From assembly GCA_963820775.1 (NCBI GenBank), contig CAWGBF010000013.1:168258-232257 (forward strand): a stretch of DNA of 64,000 nucleotides, given 5' to 3'. Source of the DNA: an uncultured Alphaproteobacteria bacterium. Its GTDB lineage: Bacteria; Pseudomonadota; Alphaproteobacteria; Rhizobiales; Beijerinckiaceae. Below are positions 51,261-62,128 of this stretch, piece by piece; positions within the stretch are counted from its first letter, which is position 1; each line of letters begins with the position of its first letter. A program made the position numbers and the translations under genes. The notes under the pieces are model-generated. The model did no database searches. It was not told the DNA's origin and saw only the letters and a list, made by a program, of their open reading frames with translations.

Positions 51261-52074
51261 ATGAGCGAGACAAATCCGACGCCCGAAGACTATCGCCGGC
51301 GCTATTTCGAATTGAAGGCGAAAGCGCGGGAAGCCAACGCCCCTCGTTCATCGGCGATCCAGGCGGCCAACCCGAAGATTTCTGGCCGCCGATCGAATCG
51401 AACGGGAAGAAACGATTCCGGCGGGTTGGTATTGGACGGGTCGCATGAAGCGCGGGCAAAGCCTGCGCATCGTCAATATTCACGCGACGCACGGGGTCTC
51501 GGCATTGTTTTGGAACGCACGCGATACGAGCGAGCGATTCAACCCGGCAGATTCGGTGAAGGTGCAATGGTCGGCTCGGCTTGCGCGCGGAAAACTTCTG
51601 CTTTCGGATATGGGGCGGGTGCTCGCATGCATCACCGACGACACCTGCGGCCAGCATGATTGCGTCGCCGGGGCGAGCACACGCAGCGGCGATGCGCGAA
51701 AATATGGCGCCAATCCCACTCGCCGCAATTCCCACGAGAATTTCGTTCTGGCCGCCGCCAAGCACGGCATGTCGGCGCGTGACGTTGGCCCTTGCATCAC
51801 TTTCTTTGCGCCTGTCGTCACCGATCAGGGCGGTCGCTTCGAATGGCGCGAAGACGCCGTGAAGCCCGGAGATTATGTGGATCTGCGCGCCGAGATGGAC
51901 TTGATCGTGGCGCTGTCCAACTGCCCGCACCCCTTAAGTCCGCGCGGCGATTGGCGCGCTGAACCCGTTCGTGCGTGTCTCTGGCGCTCCCCGGAGGCCG
52001 CCGACGACGATCTTTGTCGCACCGCGACGCAAGAGGCGGTGCGCGCATTCGAGAATACGGCGGCCATGTCATGA
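51261..52074 (+). CDS. DUF1989 protein, carboxyguanidine deiminase subunit CgdA-like; +1 indel near 51380
   Basis: ERFNPADSVKVQW, LLLSDMGRVL, VDLRAEMDLIVALSNCPHP. Removing one T joins the N-terminal ORF in frame. Confidence 0.82.
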
Positions 52075-52715
52075 TGATCGCAAAATCCCTCCTCGATCCG
52101 ACCAAGGCCGCCTACGATCACGTGGTCCCCGCCTGCACGCCGTGGTCCGGTCTCGTGCGCAAAGGACAATGTTTGCGGATCATCGATGTCGCCGGCCAGC
52201 AAGCGGTCGACACGCTGTTTTACCGCGCGGACAAATTCGCCGAACGCTACGACGCCCAGGGCACATTGGCCGCGCAGGGCTCCGCCTATGTCGCCGCGGG
52301 AACGCAACTTCTTTCCAATGAGGGAAATGTGATGGCGACGATGATCGCAGACACCTGCGGCGATCACGATACTTCGGCGGGTGCGTGCAGCTGCGAGGCC
52401 AATACCGTGCGCTTTGGCCACCACACACGCTACATGCACGCCTGCCGCGAAAATTTTCTGATCGAACTGGCCAAATACGGCATGGATAAGCGCGACATCG
52501 TCAGCAACATCAATTTCTTCATGAATGTGCCGATCTTGCCCGACGGCGAATTGGCGATCGTCGATGGGGTGTCCAAGGCGGGTGATTACGTCGAGTTGCG
52601 CGCGGAGATGGATGTGCTTTGCGTCATCTCGAATTGCCCGCAGGTCAACAATCCGTGCAACGGCTTTGATCCCACGCCGATTCGGGTCCTCATCTGGGAC
52701 GCTCCTGGCGATTAA
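52071..52715 (+). CDS. DUF1989 protein, carboxyguanidine deiminase subunit CgdB-like
   Basis: DTCGDHDTSAGACSCEANTVRF, INFFMNVP, SNCPQVNNPCN. Confidence 0.9.
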   Translation: MMIAKSLLDPTKAAYDHVVPACTPWSGLVRKGQCLRIIDVAGQQAVDTLFYRADKFAERYDAQGTLAAQGSAYVAAGTQLLSNEGNVMATMIADTCGDHDTSAGACSCEANTVRFGHHTRYMHACRENFLIELAKYGMDKRDIVSNINFFMNVPILPDGELAIVDGVSKAGDYVELRAEMDVLCVISNCPQVNNPCNGFDPTPIRVLIWDAPGD

Positions 52716-52723
52716 GAACGGCC

Positions 52724-55700
52724 ATGTTCAAAACGGTGCTGGTCGCTAACCGCGGCGAGATTGCAGCGCGCGTCATCCGCACGCTGCGCAGGCTTGGCGT
52801 TCAAGCCGTCGGCGTCGCCTCCGACGCCGACCGGTTCACCGCGCCGATGCGCGACGTCGACAAGCTGGTCAGGCTCGGCGCCGGGCCGGCCGCGGAAACC
52901 TATCTCAATATCGACGCCATCGTCGCCGCCTGCCATGCGACGGGAGCGGAGGCGGTTCATCCAGGTTACGGCTTTCTTTCCGAGAACATCGGCTTTGCCG
53001 GGCGGCTGGCCGCCGAGGGCATCGCGTTCATCGGGCCGCGCCCTGACCATCTCGGCGCCTTTGGCCTGAAACACTCGGCGCGCGAGATTGCCGCGCGTTG
53101 CGGCGTCCCGCTATTGCCCGGCAGCGGCCTTCTCGAGAGCGAGACGCATGCGCAGACCGAAGCGGCGCGCATCGCCTACCCCGTGATGCTGAAGAGCACC
53201 GCGGGCGGCGGCGGCGTCGGCATGCAGCTCTGCCGCACGCCGGGTGAGCTTTCGCAACGCTATGCGAGCGTGGCGCGGCTCGCGTCCAGCAATTTTGCCG
53301 ATGCGCGGCTCTATCTTGAGCGGTTCGTGGCGCGCGCGCGCCATATCGAAGTGCAAATCTTCGGCGACGGCGACGGGGGCGTCGTCGCGCTTGGCGAGCG
53401 CGATTGCTCGTTGCAGCGCCGCAACCAGAAAGTCGTGGAGGAAGCGCCAGCGCCCAATCTGAGCGAGACCATGCGCGAATATCTTCGCGACGCAGCGATC
53501 GCCTTGGGAAAGGCGGTTCGCTATGAATCAGCCGGCACGGTTGAATTCGTCTATGATGTCGAGCGCCAACAGCCCTATTTCCTGGAGGTCAATACGCGCC
53601 TTCAGGTCGAACATCCCGTGACGGAAGAAGTTTTCGGCGTCGATCTTGTCGAATGGATGATCCGCCAGGCGGCGGGCGAATTCACGCTGCCGCCGCAAGC
53701 CGCGTTGACGGCGCGCGGCCATGCCATCGAGGCGCGCCTTTACGCGGAAAATCCGGCGCAGGATTTTCGACCCTCGACTGGCGTCATCACCCAATTGTCT
53801 CTCCCTTCCGACGCGCGCATTGAAAGCTGGATTGAAGCAGGGGTCGAAGTCTCGCCATTCTACGATCCCATGCTCGTCAAGATCATTGCGCATGGCGGCG
53901 ATCGCGCCGCCGCGCTGTCGCGACTGGCGGATGCGCTCGATCAAACCAGCGTATGGGGCGTCGAGACTAACCTTGGCTATCTCCAACAAATCCTGCGTTG
54001 CGAAGCGTTTGGCTCCGGCGTCGCCACCACCGCGACGCTTGGGGATTTCGCCTTCCGGCCCCGCAGCGTCGAGGTGTTGGCGCCCGGCGCGCAATCTAGC
54101 CTGCAGGACTGCCCGGGACGGTTGGGATATTGGGATGTCGGCATTCCGCCGAGCGGTCCGATGGACGAGCGCTCGCACCGGCTCGTTAATAAGATTGTTG
54201 GCAATGACGAAGGCGCTGCGGTGCTGGAATGCACCCTCGCGGGGCCGAGCTTGCGGTTCGTCAGCGACAGCGTGATTGCGCTCGGCGGCGCGATGATGGC
54301 GGCGACGCTCGATGGCGCGCCCGTTCCGTACTGGCGTCCAGTTGACGTGAAGACGGGCCAGGTGCTGGCGCTCGGCCGGGTCGCCGGGAGCGGAATGCGC
54401 GCCTACCTTGCGGTCCGCGGAGGCTTCGACGCGCCACTCTATCTTGGTTCGCGCTCGACTTTCTCGCTGGGGGGGTTCGGCGGCCACGCAACGGGCGTCC
54501 TCAAAGCGGGAGACACGCTGCGCATTCGCCGCGAGCCGGTCTCAGCGGTCATGGACGACATTCCAAGCGATCTGCCCGCCTTGACGGACCGATGGGAGAT
54601 CGGGGTTCTCTACGGCCCCCAGGGCGCTCCGGAGTTTTTCACGAAAGACGACATCGCGTCGCTGTTCGAGGAGGAGTATGAGGTCCATTTCAACAGCGCC
54701 CGCACAGGCGTTCGCCTGATCGGCCCGCGTCCGCAATGGGCGCGCGCCGATGGCGGCGAAGCAGGCTTGCATCCCTCCAACATTCACGACAACGCCTACG
54801 CCGTCGGCGCCATCGATTTTACCGGCGACATGCCGATCATTCTGGGACCAGACGGTCCGAGCCTTGGCGGGTTCGTCTGTCCCGCCGTCGTGGCGAGCGG
54901 CGAACTCTGGAAACTCGGCCAGTTGAAGCCCGGCGACAAAATCGTCTTCCGCGCGATCACGCAAGAGCAGGCGATCGCGCTGCGCGCATCCGCACCCGTG
55001 GTTTTTCCCCGCAAGGCGCCGGAGGGCGATGTTCTTCGCAGCCTGGGTGGGCGCACGCCCAAAGTCGCCTACCGCGCCGCGGGCGACGACTATTTGTTGG
55101 TCGAATATGGAGCGATGACTTTGGACATCGCCTTGCGCTTGCGCGTGCATCTTTTGATGGAAGCCGTGCGCGCCGCTAAACTGCCCGCGATCATCGATCT
55201 GACGCCCGGCATCCGTTCGCTGCAAATCCACTACGACAGCCGGATATTGCCGCGAGCGCGCCTGCTCGAAGCGCTGGTCGCGCTGGAAGGCGATTTGGCG
55301 GATCCGAGGTCCGTGTCCGTGGAAAGCCGGATCGTCCATTTGCCGCTGGCATGGAACGACGAGCAGGCCGTGCTCGCGATGAAGAAATATTGCGAACTGG
55401 TGCGGCCGAACGCGCCCTGGTGCCCGTCGAACATCGAGTTCATTCGCCGGATCAACGGGCTCGAGAGCGAAGATGAGGTCCGCCGAATCGTTTTCGACGC
55501 GAGCTATCTTGTTCTGGGCCTGGGCGACGTCTACCTCGGAGCGCCAGTCGCGACGCCGCTCGATCCGCGCCATCGCCTCGTCACCACCAAGTACAATCCC
55601 GCGCGCACGTGGACGCCCGAAAACGCAGTCGGCATCGGCGGCGCCTATCTCTGTGTATATGGCATGGAGGGTCCGGGCGGTTACCAACTCGTCGGGCGCA

Positions 55701-56272
55701 CCATTCAGATGTGGAATCGCTGGCGGCAAACCGATTGTTTCGAAAAACCCTGGCTGTTGCGTTTCTTCGATCAGCTTCGTTTCTTTCCCGTTTCGGGCGA
55801 GGAACTGGTCGAAGCGCGCGCCGCGTTCCCACACGGCCGCTATCCCCTGCGCATCGAAGAAGGCCGCTTCACGCTACGCGAACACGAGAAATTTCTCGCC
55901 GCCAACGCGGAAGAGATCTCGCGCTTCAAATCTCGACAGCAAAGAGCCTTCTATGCCGAACGCCATCGCTGGCGTGATCTCGGTCTGGATAGCCATGTCG
56001 CCGACGCCGACATGGGGGCATTCCCAATGGTCGAGGAGACTTGGCCGGAAGGCATAAGTCCCGTGCATGCTTCGACCACCGGTACGGTCTGGAAACTAGA
56101 AGTCTCCATCGGCGAACCTGTGATAGCGGGTCAAACGCTTATCGTCACCGAATCGATGAAAATGGAGATCGCAATCACCGCGCCTGTCAGCGGCAAGTTA
56201 CGCGAATTGCGCTGCCAGCCGGGCCGAGTGGTCAGGGCAGGCCAGATCGTTGCGGTGATCGGACAGAACTGA
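52724..56272 (+). CDS. uca: Urea/guanidine carboxylase (biotin-dependent)
   Basis: VANRGEIA, HPGYGFLSEN, FLEVNTRLQVEH, SNIHDNAYAVGAIDFTGD, EGPGGYQ, biotin site ESMKM. Confidence 0.95.
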   Translation: MFKTVLVANRGEIAARVIRTLRRLGVQAVGVASDADRFTAPMRDVDKLVRLGAGPAAETYLNIDAIVAACHATGAEAVHPGYGFLSENIGFAGRLAAEGIAFIGPRPDHLGAFGLKHSAREIAARCGVPLLPGSGLLESETHAQTEAARIAYPVMLKSTAGGGGVGMQLCRTPGELSQRYASVARLASSNFADARLYLERFVARARHIEVQIFGDGDGGVVALGERDCSLQRRNQKVVEEAPAPNLSETMREYLRDAAIALGKAVRYESAGTVEFVYDVERQQPYFLEVNTRLQVEHPVTEEVFGVDLVEWMIRQAAGEFTLPPQAALTARGHAIEARLYAENPAQDFRPSTGVITQLSLPSDARIESWIEAGVEVSPFYDPMLVKIIAHGGDRAAALSRLADALDQTSVWGVETNLGYLQQILRCEAFGSGVATTATLGDFAFRPRSVEVLAPGAQSSLQDCPGRLGYWDVGIPPSGPMDERSHRLVNKIVGNDEGAAVLECTLAGPSLRFVSDSVIALGGAMMAATLDGAPVPYWRPVDVKTGQVLALGRVAGSGMRAYLAVRGGFDAPLYLGSRSTFSLGGFGGHATGVLKAGDTLRIRREPVSAVMDDIPSDLPALTDRWEIGVLYGPQGAPEFFTKDDIASLFEEEYEVHFNSARTGVRLIGPRPQWARADGGEAGLHPSNIHDNAYAVGAIDFTGDMPIILGPDGPSLGGFVCPAVVASGELWKLGQLKPGDKIVFRAITQEQAIALRASAPVVFPRKAPEGDVLRSLGGRTPKVAYRAAGDDYLLVEYGAMTLDIALRLRVHLLMEAVRAAKLPAIIDLTPGIRSLQIHYDSRILPRARLLEALVALEGDLADPRSVSVESRIVHLPLAWNDEQAVLAMKKYCELVRPNAPWCPSNIEFIRRINGLESEDEVRRIVFDASYLVLGLGDVYLGAPVATPLDPRHRLVTTKYNPARTWTPENAVGIGGAYLCVYGMEGPGGYQLVGRTIQMWNRWRQTDCFEKPWLLRFFDQLRFFPVSGEELVEARAAFPHGRYPLRIEEGRFTLREHEKFLAANAEEISRFKSRQQRAFYAERHRWRDLGLDSHVADADMGAFPMVEETWPEGISPVHASTTGTVWKLEVSIGEPVIAGQTLIVTESMKMEIAITAPVSGKLRELRCQPGRVVRAGQIVAVIGQN

Positions 56273-56603
56273 TGAAAGGCACGCACGGGTAGAGACAGCA
56301 GGCGTAGGTAATCGACCAGCCGGTTTCTTCGCATGTTCGAATTGCATGCGCGATGACCGGAACGGTCGGCGCGCTATCATCGGAAAGCTCCACCGGCCGC
56401 TTGAACGGTAGTTCGGCGCCAAAGCTGCGCGCGATGGCGCCGATCTCCTCGTCGTCGGTGGAAACTATGACTTTGTCGAAGAGCTGCGACTGGTAAGCTG
56501 CGCCGATTGCATAGGCGATCATTGGCCTTCCCGCGAACGCCAGCACGTTTTTCCGTGGAATTCGCTTGCTCCCGGCCCGCGCGGGTATGATGGCAACCTT
56601 CAC
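56232..56603 (-). pseudogene. N-terminal fragment of acylneuraminate/pseudaminate cytidylyltransferase (NeuA/PseF)
   Basis: VAIIPARAGSKRIPRKN, VIVSTDDEEI, RPVELSDD; homology ends at CCLYPCVPFI, where the carboxylase gene ends on the opposite strand. Confidence 0.8.
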
Positions 56604-56867
56604 TGGTTCAAATACCCCCTTTTTGAGAGAATTATTCTCGCGGACAGAACTTGAGCCAGCATTCGCCTCGACGCCGATGATTGCCAGATCCGACGTCGCG
56701 GTCGCGCCGTTGTTTTTATATGCGTCCGTCCTGCGTACAACATTTAGCGCAGGGAAGACTTTCGCAAACACATCTTCGCAATCAGGCGGACTCTTGAGAA
56801 AGTGGATGCGCGCCTTGCGCATTGTCGAACGCCTCGCGGGCGCGAAAAACCCCATTTCCTCGTTTGA

Positions 56868-58026
56868 TACCAAGACTCGGTGATCATGACCGATAGGCCC
56901 AGTCCCGAAGGCCGATCGACATGATCCTCCAGGGCTGGTTTATGAGCTTGTTCCATGCTTCGCAGCAGTGATCGACGATGTCGTCGAAGCAATTGAAGAT
57001 CCGATTTGAGAGCCAGTTGTCGCGCAGGAACTGCCAGATGTTTTCCTGCGGGTTGAGCTCTGGGCACTTTGCGGGGAACGGGATCAGCGTCATGTTGGGC
57101 GGGACGATCAATCTGCCGGACAAATGCCAGCCGGCCTGATCGACCAGCAGCACGGCGTGCGCTCTCGGCGCGATCTGGGTGGCGATTTCGGCGAGATGGA
57201 GGTTCATCGCCTCCGTGTTGCAGCGTGGCATGACCAGGGCCGCGCCTTTGCCGTCCTTGGGACAGATCGCGCCGAAGATATAAGCCGAGGCGGTTCGCTG
57301 ATCTTTGGGAGCGCTTGGACGCGCGCCGCGCTTGGCCCAGCGCCGGGTGATCTTGTTCTTCTGGCCGACGCGCGCCTCGTCGGCGAACCAGACCTCTATG
57401 GCGCTGGGCTCGACGTCCTTCTCGCGCCCGATCGCTTCCAGGCGCGCGGAAAAGCTTTTTTAAAATCTTCGATCGCGCCTGCGGCCTGAGCATGATGGCG
57501 GGGACGGGCCGAGAGCTTGCGATAACCCATGGCGCGCAGTTCGCGGCTCAACGTCTGCTTGGCGACGACGACGCGAAACTCCTCGAAAATCCATTGGCAG
57601 AGATCGACAATCCGCCAGCGCACGACCCCATGAACCGCCGGGATCGGGCCGCTCTCGATGATCGCGGCGAGCGCGGCGCGGTGTGCGCCGTTCAGCCGGG
57701 GAGCCTGTCCGGGCGGCTTGCGATCAATCAAGCCTTCCGGTCCATGGGCGTTGAACTTCATCACCCAATCGCGAATGATTTGAAGCGTCACCCCGCCGAT
57801 CTTCGCCGCCTCGGTGCGCGTCGCGCCTTCGTAAACCGCCGCCAGAGCCAAAAGCCGCCTGGCCTGCGGCCCGTCCTTCGACCGCTTGGCCGCAGCTCTC
57901 ACCATCTCAGCGTCATAATCGCCCCGAAGCGGAATGGGCATGGCGAACCTCCTCTGTTCGCCACCTTGAATCAGACGCCAGGCGATTCGGGAATCCCAAC
58001 CGAGTCATCCCTTCAGAGATTTGGTA
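56868..58026 (-). mobile_element. IS630-family insertion sequence
   Basis: Ends TACCAAgaCTC / TACCAAatCTC with TA at both ends; HTH ORF plus DDE ORF. Confidence 0.85.
56884..57941 (-). CDS. IS630 transposase in two ORFs joined by a -1 shift at TTTAAAAAAG (57455-57464)
   Basis: QARRLLAL, IIRDWVMKFN (HTH); WFADEARVG, VDQAGWH, PELNPQENIW (DDE). Confidence 0.85.
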
Positions 58027-58123
58027 TGAGCCTAACGCCACCGCGCCACACCTCGACTCTACCGACTCGGCGGTATTGGGGGTCGGAACCAAGCAGAGCG
58101 TTCCAGCGGCTTCTCTGGCAACT

Positions 58124-59408
58124 GGACGCTTCTAAGAACCTCGCGCCTTCCAGCGTTTTCTGATTCACTCCCAGGTGGAGTGGGAGGCGAATCGATGCGT
58201 GGCCAGGGGGGACTTTTCGACGTCGACGAGCGGCTGAAGCGGCTGAGCGATCTCGGCGATCAGTTGCAGGCTTTCGCAGCGGCGGTCGATTTCGAGATTT
58301 TCCGGTCCGAGCTGACGCGGGCGCTGGCCTACTCGGACGGCTCGCAGGGCGGCCGACCGCCGTTCGACCCTGTGATGATGTTCAAGATCCTGGTGATCCA
58401 GGCGGCCAACACCCTCTCGGACGAGCGTACCGAGTTTCTGATCAACGACCGCCTGTCGTTCATGCGGTTTCTCGGGTTGAGCCTATCCGATCGGGTTCCC
58501 GACGCTCGCACGATCTGGCTGTTCCGGGAAAAGCTGACCAGGGCCGAGGCGATTAAGCCACTGTTCGACCGGTTCGACGCGGCGCTGCGCGAGGCTGGCT
58601 ACGTCGCTATGGGCGGCCAGATCGTCGACGCCTCGCTGATCGCCGCGCCCAAGCAGCGCAACACCGAGGAGGAGAAGAAGGCGGTCAAGGAGGGGCGCAT
58701 TCCGCAGGCCTGGAAAGCCCAGCCAGCCAAGCTCCGGCAGAAGGACCGCGACGCGCGCTGGACGGTCAAGTTCAGCAAGGCCAAGGCCAGGCCGGATGGG
58801 ACGGTTCCTCCGGTCGACATCGCCATTCCGACATTCGGCTACCAAAACCATGTCTCGATCGACCGCGAACATGGGCTGATCCGGCGGTGGGAGGCGACCG
58901 ACGCTGCGGCCTACGAGGGCGCGCGGCTGCGTGAGGGGCTGCTCGACAAGACCAACACCGCGAGCGCCGTCTGGGCCGACACGGCCTACCGCTCGAAGGC
59001 CAATGAGGCGTTCCTCGAAAAGAATGGGTTCGTCAGCCGCGTCCATCGCAAGAAGCCGGCGGGCCGGCCCATGCCGGAGACGACGCGGCGCGCCAACGCG
59101 CTCAAGTCCAAAGTCCGCTCCGGCGTCGAACACGTCTTCGCCGTGCAGAAGGACAAGATGGACCTCTTCGTCCGCACCATCGGCATCGCCCGGGCGAAAA
59201 CCAAGATCGGCATGGCCAACCTCGTCTACAACTTCCGCAGGCTCGTCTTCCTCGATCGTCTCGCTGCCGCCTGACCCCCGCGCCAAAGGGCCGCCCGGTC
59301 GCCGCAGCATGCGGCGCCCTATGCCGCATCCAAAACCGAGATCCCGCACCTCAAAATCGCGTCACTCGACCCGTCTCCGTCCGGAAAAACGCGTTTATAG
59401 AACCGTCC
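58124..59408 (+). mobile_element. IS5-family insertion sequence
   Basis: IR GGACGCTTCTAAGAAC / GGACGGTTCTATAAAC (13/16); flanks fit a GGCA-AGCT-TGCC target with AGCT duplication, the left copy missing one base. Confidence 0.85.
58195..59274 (+). CDS. IS5-family transposase
   Basis: GGRPPFD, LSDERTE, VPDARTIW, IVDASLI, WADTAY, RSGVEHVF. Confidence 0.92.
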   Translation: MRGQGGLFDVDERLKRLSDLGDQLQAFAAAVDFEIFRSELTRALAYSDGSQGGRPPFDPVMMFKILVIQAANTLSDERTEFLINDRLSFMRFLGLSLSDRVPDARTIWLFREKLTRAEAIKPLFDRFDAALREAGYVAMGGQIVDASLIAAPKQRNTEEEKKAVKEGRIPQAWKAQPAKLRQKDRDARWTVKFSKAKARPDGTVPPVDIAIPTFGYQNHVSIDREHGLIRRWEATDAAAYEGARLREGLLDKTNTASAVWADTAYRSKANEAFLEKNGFVSRVHRKKPAGRPMPETTRRANALKSKVRSGVEHVFAVQKDKMDLFVRTIGIARAKTKIGMANLVYNFRRLVFLDRLAAA

Positions 59409-59476
59409 AGCTTGCCCTTGTAAAGGGCAGCAGGACATTGGCGCTTTCGTACAGCAGTATCAGCGCCCGCCGGCGC

Positions 59477-61755
59477 TCATTCCAATATTGGCTGAGAATT
59501 CCGCCGCAGAATTGTGACATTTCCGTAGCTGACCGACTTCGGTAACAATGGTAGCAAAATCTCCTCAATCAGAACTAGAAGATCTTTCGCTTCCTTATGC
59601 GCAAGCAGCGCATCTAGTTGACGGTTAAATTCGCCAATACCACGCCTGCCCAACGCCTTCCACAGAAAGGCGTTGTTGAGAAGGAGTCCGTACGGCGCGA
59701 TTTGCACCACCTCCAGGCCGCATTCAGCAGCCTTTTTGTGCATCTCTTGCTCGTGAGCAACGGCATAGAACTTTGCGGGATCACCTACATCACCACAATA
59801 AGGAAAATCATCCTGGCTTCCAAGATTCGGATCGCACGCATTCACGTGCTCGCGATTGCCGAAATCGAACAGAACGATTCCCCCGGCACGCGTGGGTCAA
59901 GGCGCGGATTTGCTGGAAACGCGGGGCTGGGATGACCGGGCCAGTGGCGTGGTGGAAGTCTGATATTCGTCGTTGAGATCCTTTCGAACGGCGGCGATCT
60001 GGCGCAGTTCGAACTCGGTGAAGCGCAAGCCGCGCCAGCGCTCGGCGGCTCGAATGAGCGCGCCGAACATAAGCTTGAGCACCGGCTTCTCGCCGTTCGA
60101 GCAGATTCGTCGTGCGAACGAAGCGGCGATGGGTGACCGGCAATCTCAGGTGCGCGATGCACGCCTCGAAATCGTCCTCGAAACAGGCGAGCGCGCTCGG
60201 CAGGAGATCGGCGTCGTCGGCGCGGATGCCGGCCGCCAGTTGGCGGGCAATCGCCCGCGACGGCGCCTGATAGCAGGCGCTGACGCGCGCCTTGGGCCAT
60301 AGGTCGGTCGGGACCTTCACCGCGAGGTTGCGCATGCGGTGCGCCAGGCAGCGCTGGCGCGCCGAGCGTGGAAAACATTCCTCGATCGCCCGGATGATCC
60401 CCGGCGCGCCGTCGGATACGACGAGCAACGGATCGCCGAGCCCGCGGGCGCGCAGATCCTGGAAGAACGCGCGCGCCGTCTCGACGTCCTCCTTGGAGCC
60501 CGCCATCAACGCCAACAGGACCTTGCGCCCGTCCTCGCCAATCCCCCAGGCTGCGAGCACGGCCTCACGCCGCTGGCCGGGCCGCAGCCGCTCAGCGATG
60601 CCGTCGACGATGGCGTGCTCGGAAAGATCGCGTTTGCAGAAGTCCTCATATTCGGCCCACAGCCGCTCGGTGATCTCGCTGACTGCCGCCCGCGATAGAA
60701 GCCGTCGGCCCGTCTCGTCGGTGAACGCATCCTCGATGTCGCGCGTCGACAGGCCTCGCGCGTAAAGTTCGACCGCCAGCCGCTCAAGTTCGCGCGTGCG
60801 CCCCGAAAGCGCCGCCCGCACGCCCGAAACAAAGGGTTCGGGCGTGTCGCGAACCTGCGGCGCCGAATATTCCACCGCGCCCTCCGCGGTCTTCACCTTG
60901 CCCGGCCGATAGCCGTTGCGGTAGCCGGCCTTTTCGCCGGCGCCGCGCTCATAACGCTCGCGGCCAAGGACATCGGAGACCTCGCCCTCGAGCGCCTCCT
61001 CGACGATCAGGCGCAGCGCCAGGCGGACCAGATCGCTTCGCCCCGCCGCCGTTCCCAAATCTCCGTTCATCAAGGCGCGAAGCTCCTCGCGCGTGCGTTC
61101 GGGTGCGGATAGTCTCTCCATCGGGATGCTCCCTGGGGCCTCCGGCGCCAACCGAAAGCCCGTTCTCCTGCTTCTCTTCAGGAAGGGTGCATCCCAACCC
61201 CATTTTCCAGCAAGCCTACGCCTTCACCGCACGCGTGACCCTGGCTTTTTCCCGAAGTATCCTAGGCCAGTCGGGAAAGTGCTGGAGGAACATGCGGGAG
61301 CTGACCACATCGAACTCTCCATTTTCTGCCGGAATGTCGGCGCCATTGCCTTGGCGCAGCTCGAAAGCCCGCTCTCCGCGTTCGGCCGACAATCTGCTCA
61401 GCATTCCCGAGCTCACGTCGCAAGCGACGACCCTATAACCAAGGTCATGCAGCGCAATCGATATCAACCCGGTGCCACAGCCAAGGTCCAGGATGCGCGC
61501 GCCAGGATCTGCATTGCGCTGCACATAACGGACGTAAAGATCACGGCGCAGCAGCTTGAAAAGCTCCGACGCCCCGATGGTGGCTGCGTGGTACCGGTCG
61601 GCGTCCTGTCGGGTCGCCCAGGCGCCAGTCTTGAACCCGGAAATTCCGCTCGAATCAGGTTCTCGCGTACTTTTCCCGGCAGCTGAAACCAACCTCCTGA
61701 GGCTGAATTGGCGAACGATGAAAGTGGGAAAAGCCGGTAGCCATCCGCCTCCCAA
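59477..61755 (-). pseudogene. Class I SAM-dependent methyltransferase interrupted by IS256
   Basis: ILDLGCGTG...EKARVTRA joins in frame to GGIVLFDFGN... once the IS and one TSD copy are removed; start codon uncertain. Confidence 0.82.
59895..61228 (-). mobile_element. IS256-family insertion sequence with degraded transposase (61121-59897)
   Basis: 25-bp IR, 20/25 identical (GGTCAAGGCGCGGATTTGCTGGAAA vs GGTGAAGGCGTAGGCTTGCTGGAAA); 9-bp TSD GCACGCGTG (59886-59894, 61229-61237); YRNGYR, SDGAPG, QRCLAH, RTTNLLER, with small deletions. Confidence 0.9.
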
Positions 61756-61899
61756 CCACTTCCTGTGAGCAACTGGTCCTCAACAGACTGCTTGTAACCT
61801 TCCATGATGCTCAACGGCTGAGGCTTAGTGCCGAGGTGAACGCAATCGTGCCTATCACAGGTCGCGGATGCAACCGAGATTCAGCCAGCGCCTTTGCCA

Positions 61900-62128
61900 G
61901 TAGTCCTGGCGAACTCATTCGCGCGTCGTCAATACACGTCCCAACCAAATCGGCGCGAGCCAGTCCGAAGCCGCGAGGCGTCTTTCGCTCGGTCGATGAC
62001 CTCGGAAGCGCGACTATCCGCTACTCGCCCCCACCAACAGGCACCCAAGCCCTTCGTCTGGACCGCTACCGCAAAAACCATTCAGGCCAAGCTCAGGCTG
62101 AACCATCCGTTTGAACTCGGTGCACTAG
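61900..62128 (+). mobile_element. 3' remnant of an IS630-family element
   Basis: RGVFRSVDDL...PKPFVWTATAKTIQAKL across frames, ending ...TCGGTGCACTAG. Confidence 0.55.

Noticed and set aside
56604-59480. A further gene split by IS5 and IS630
   Set aside because: Removing both IS gives open frames, but none with a clear start or recognisable motif.
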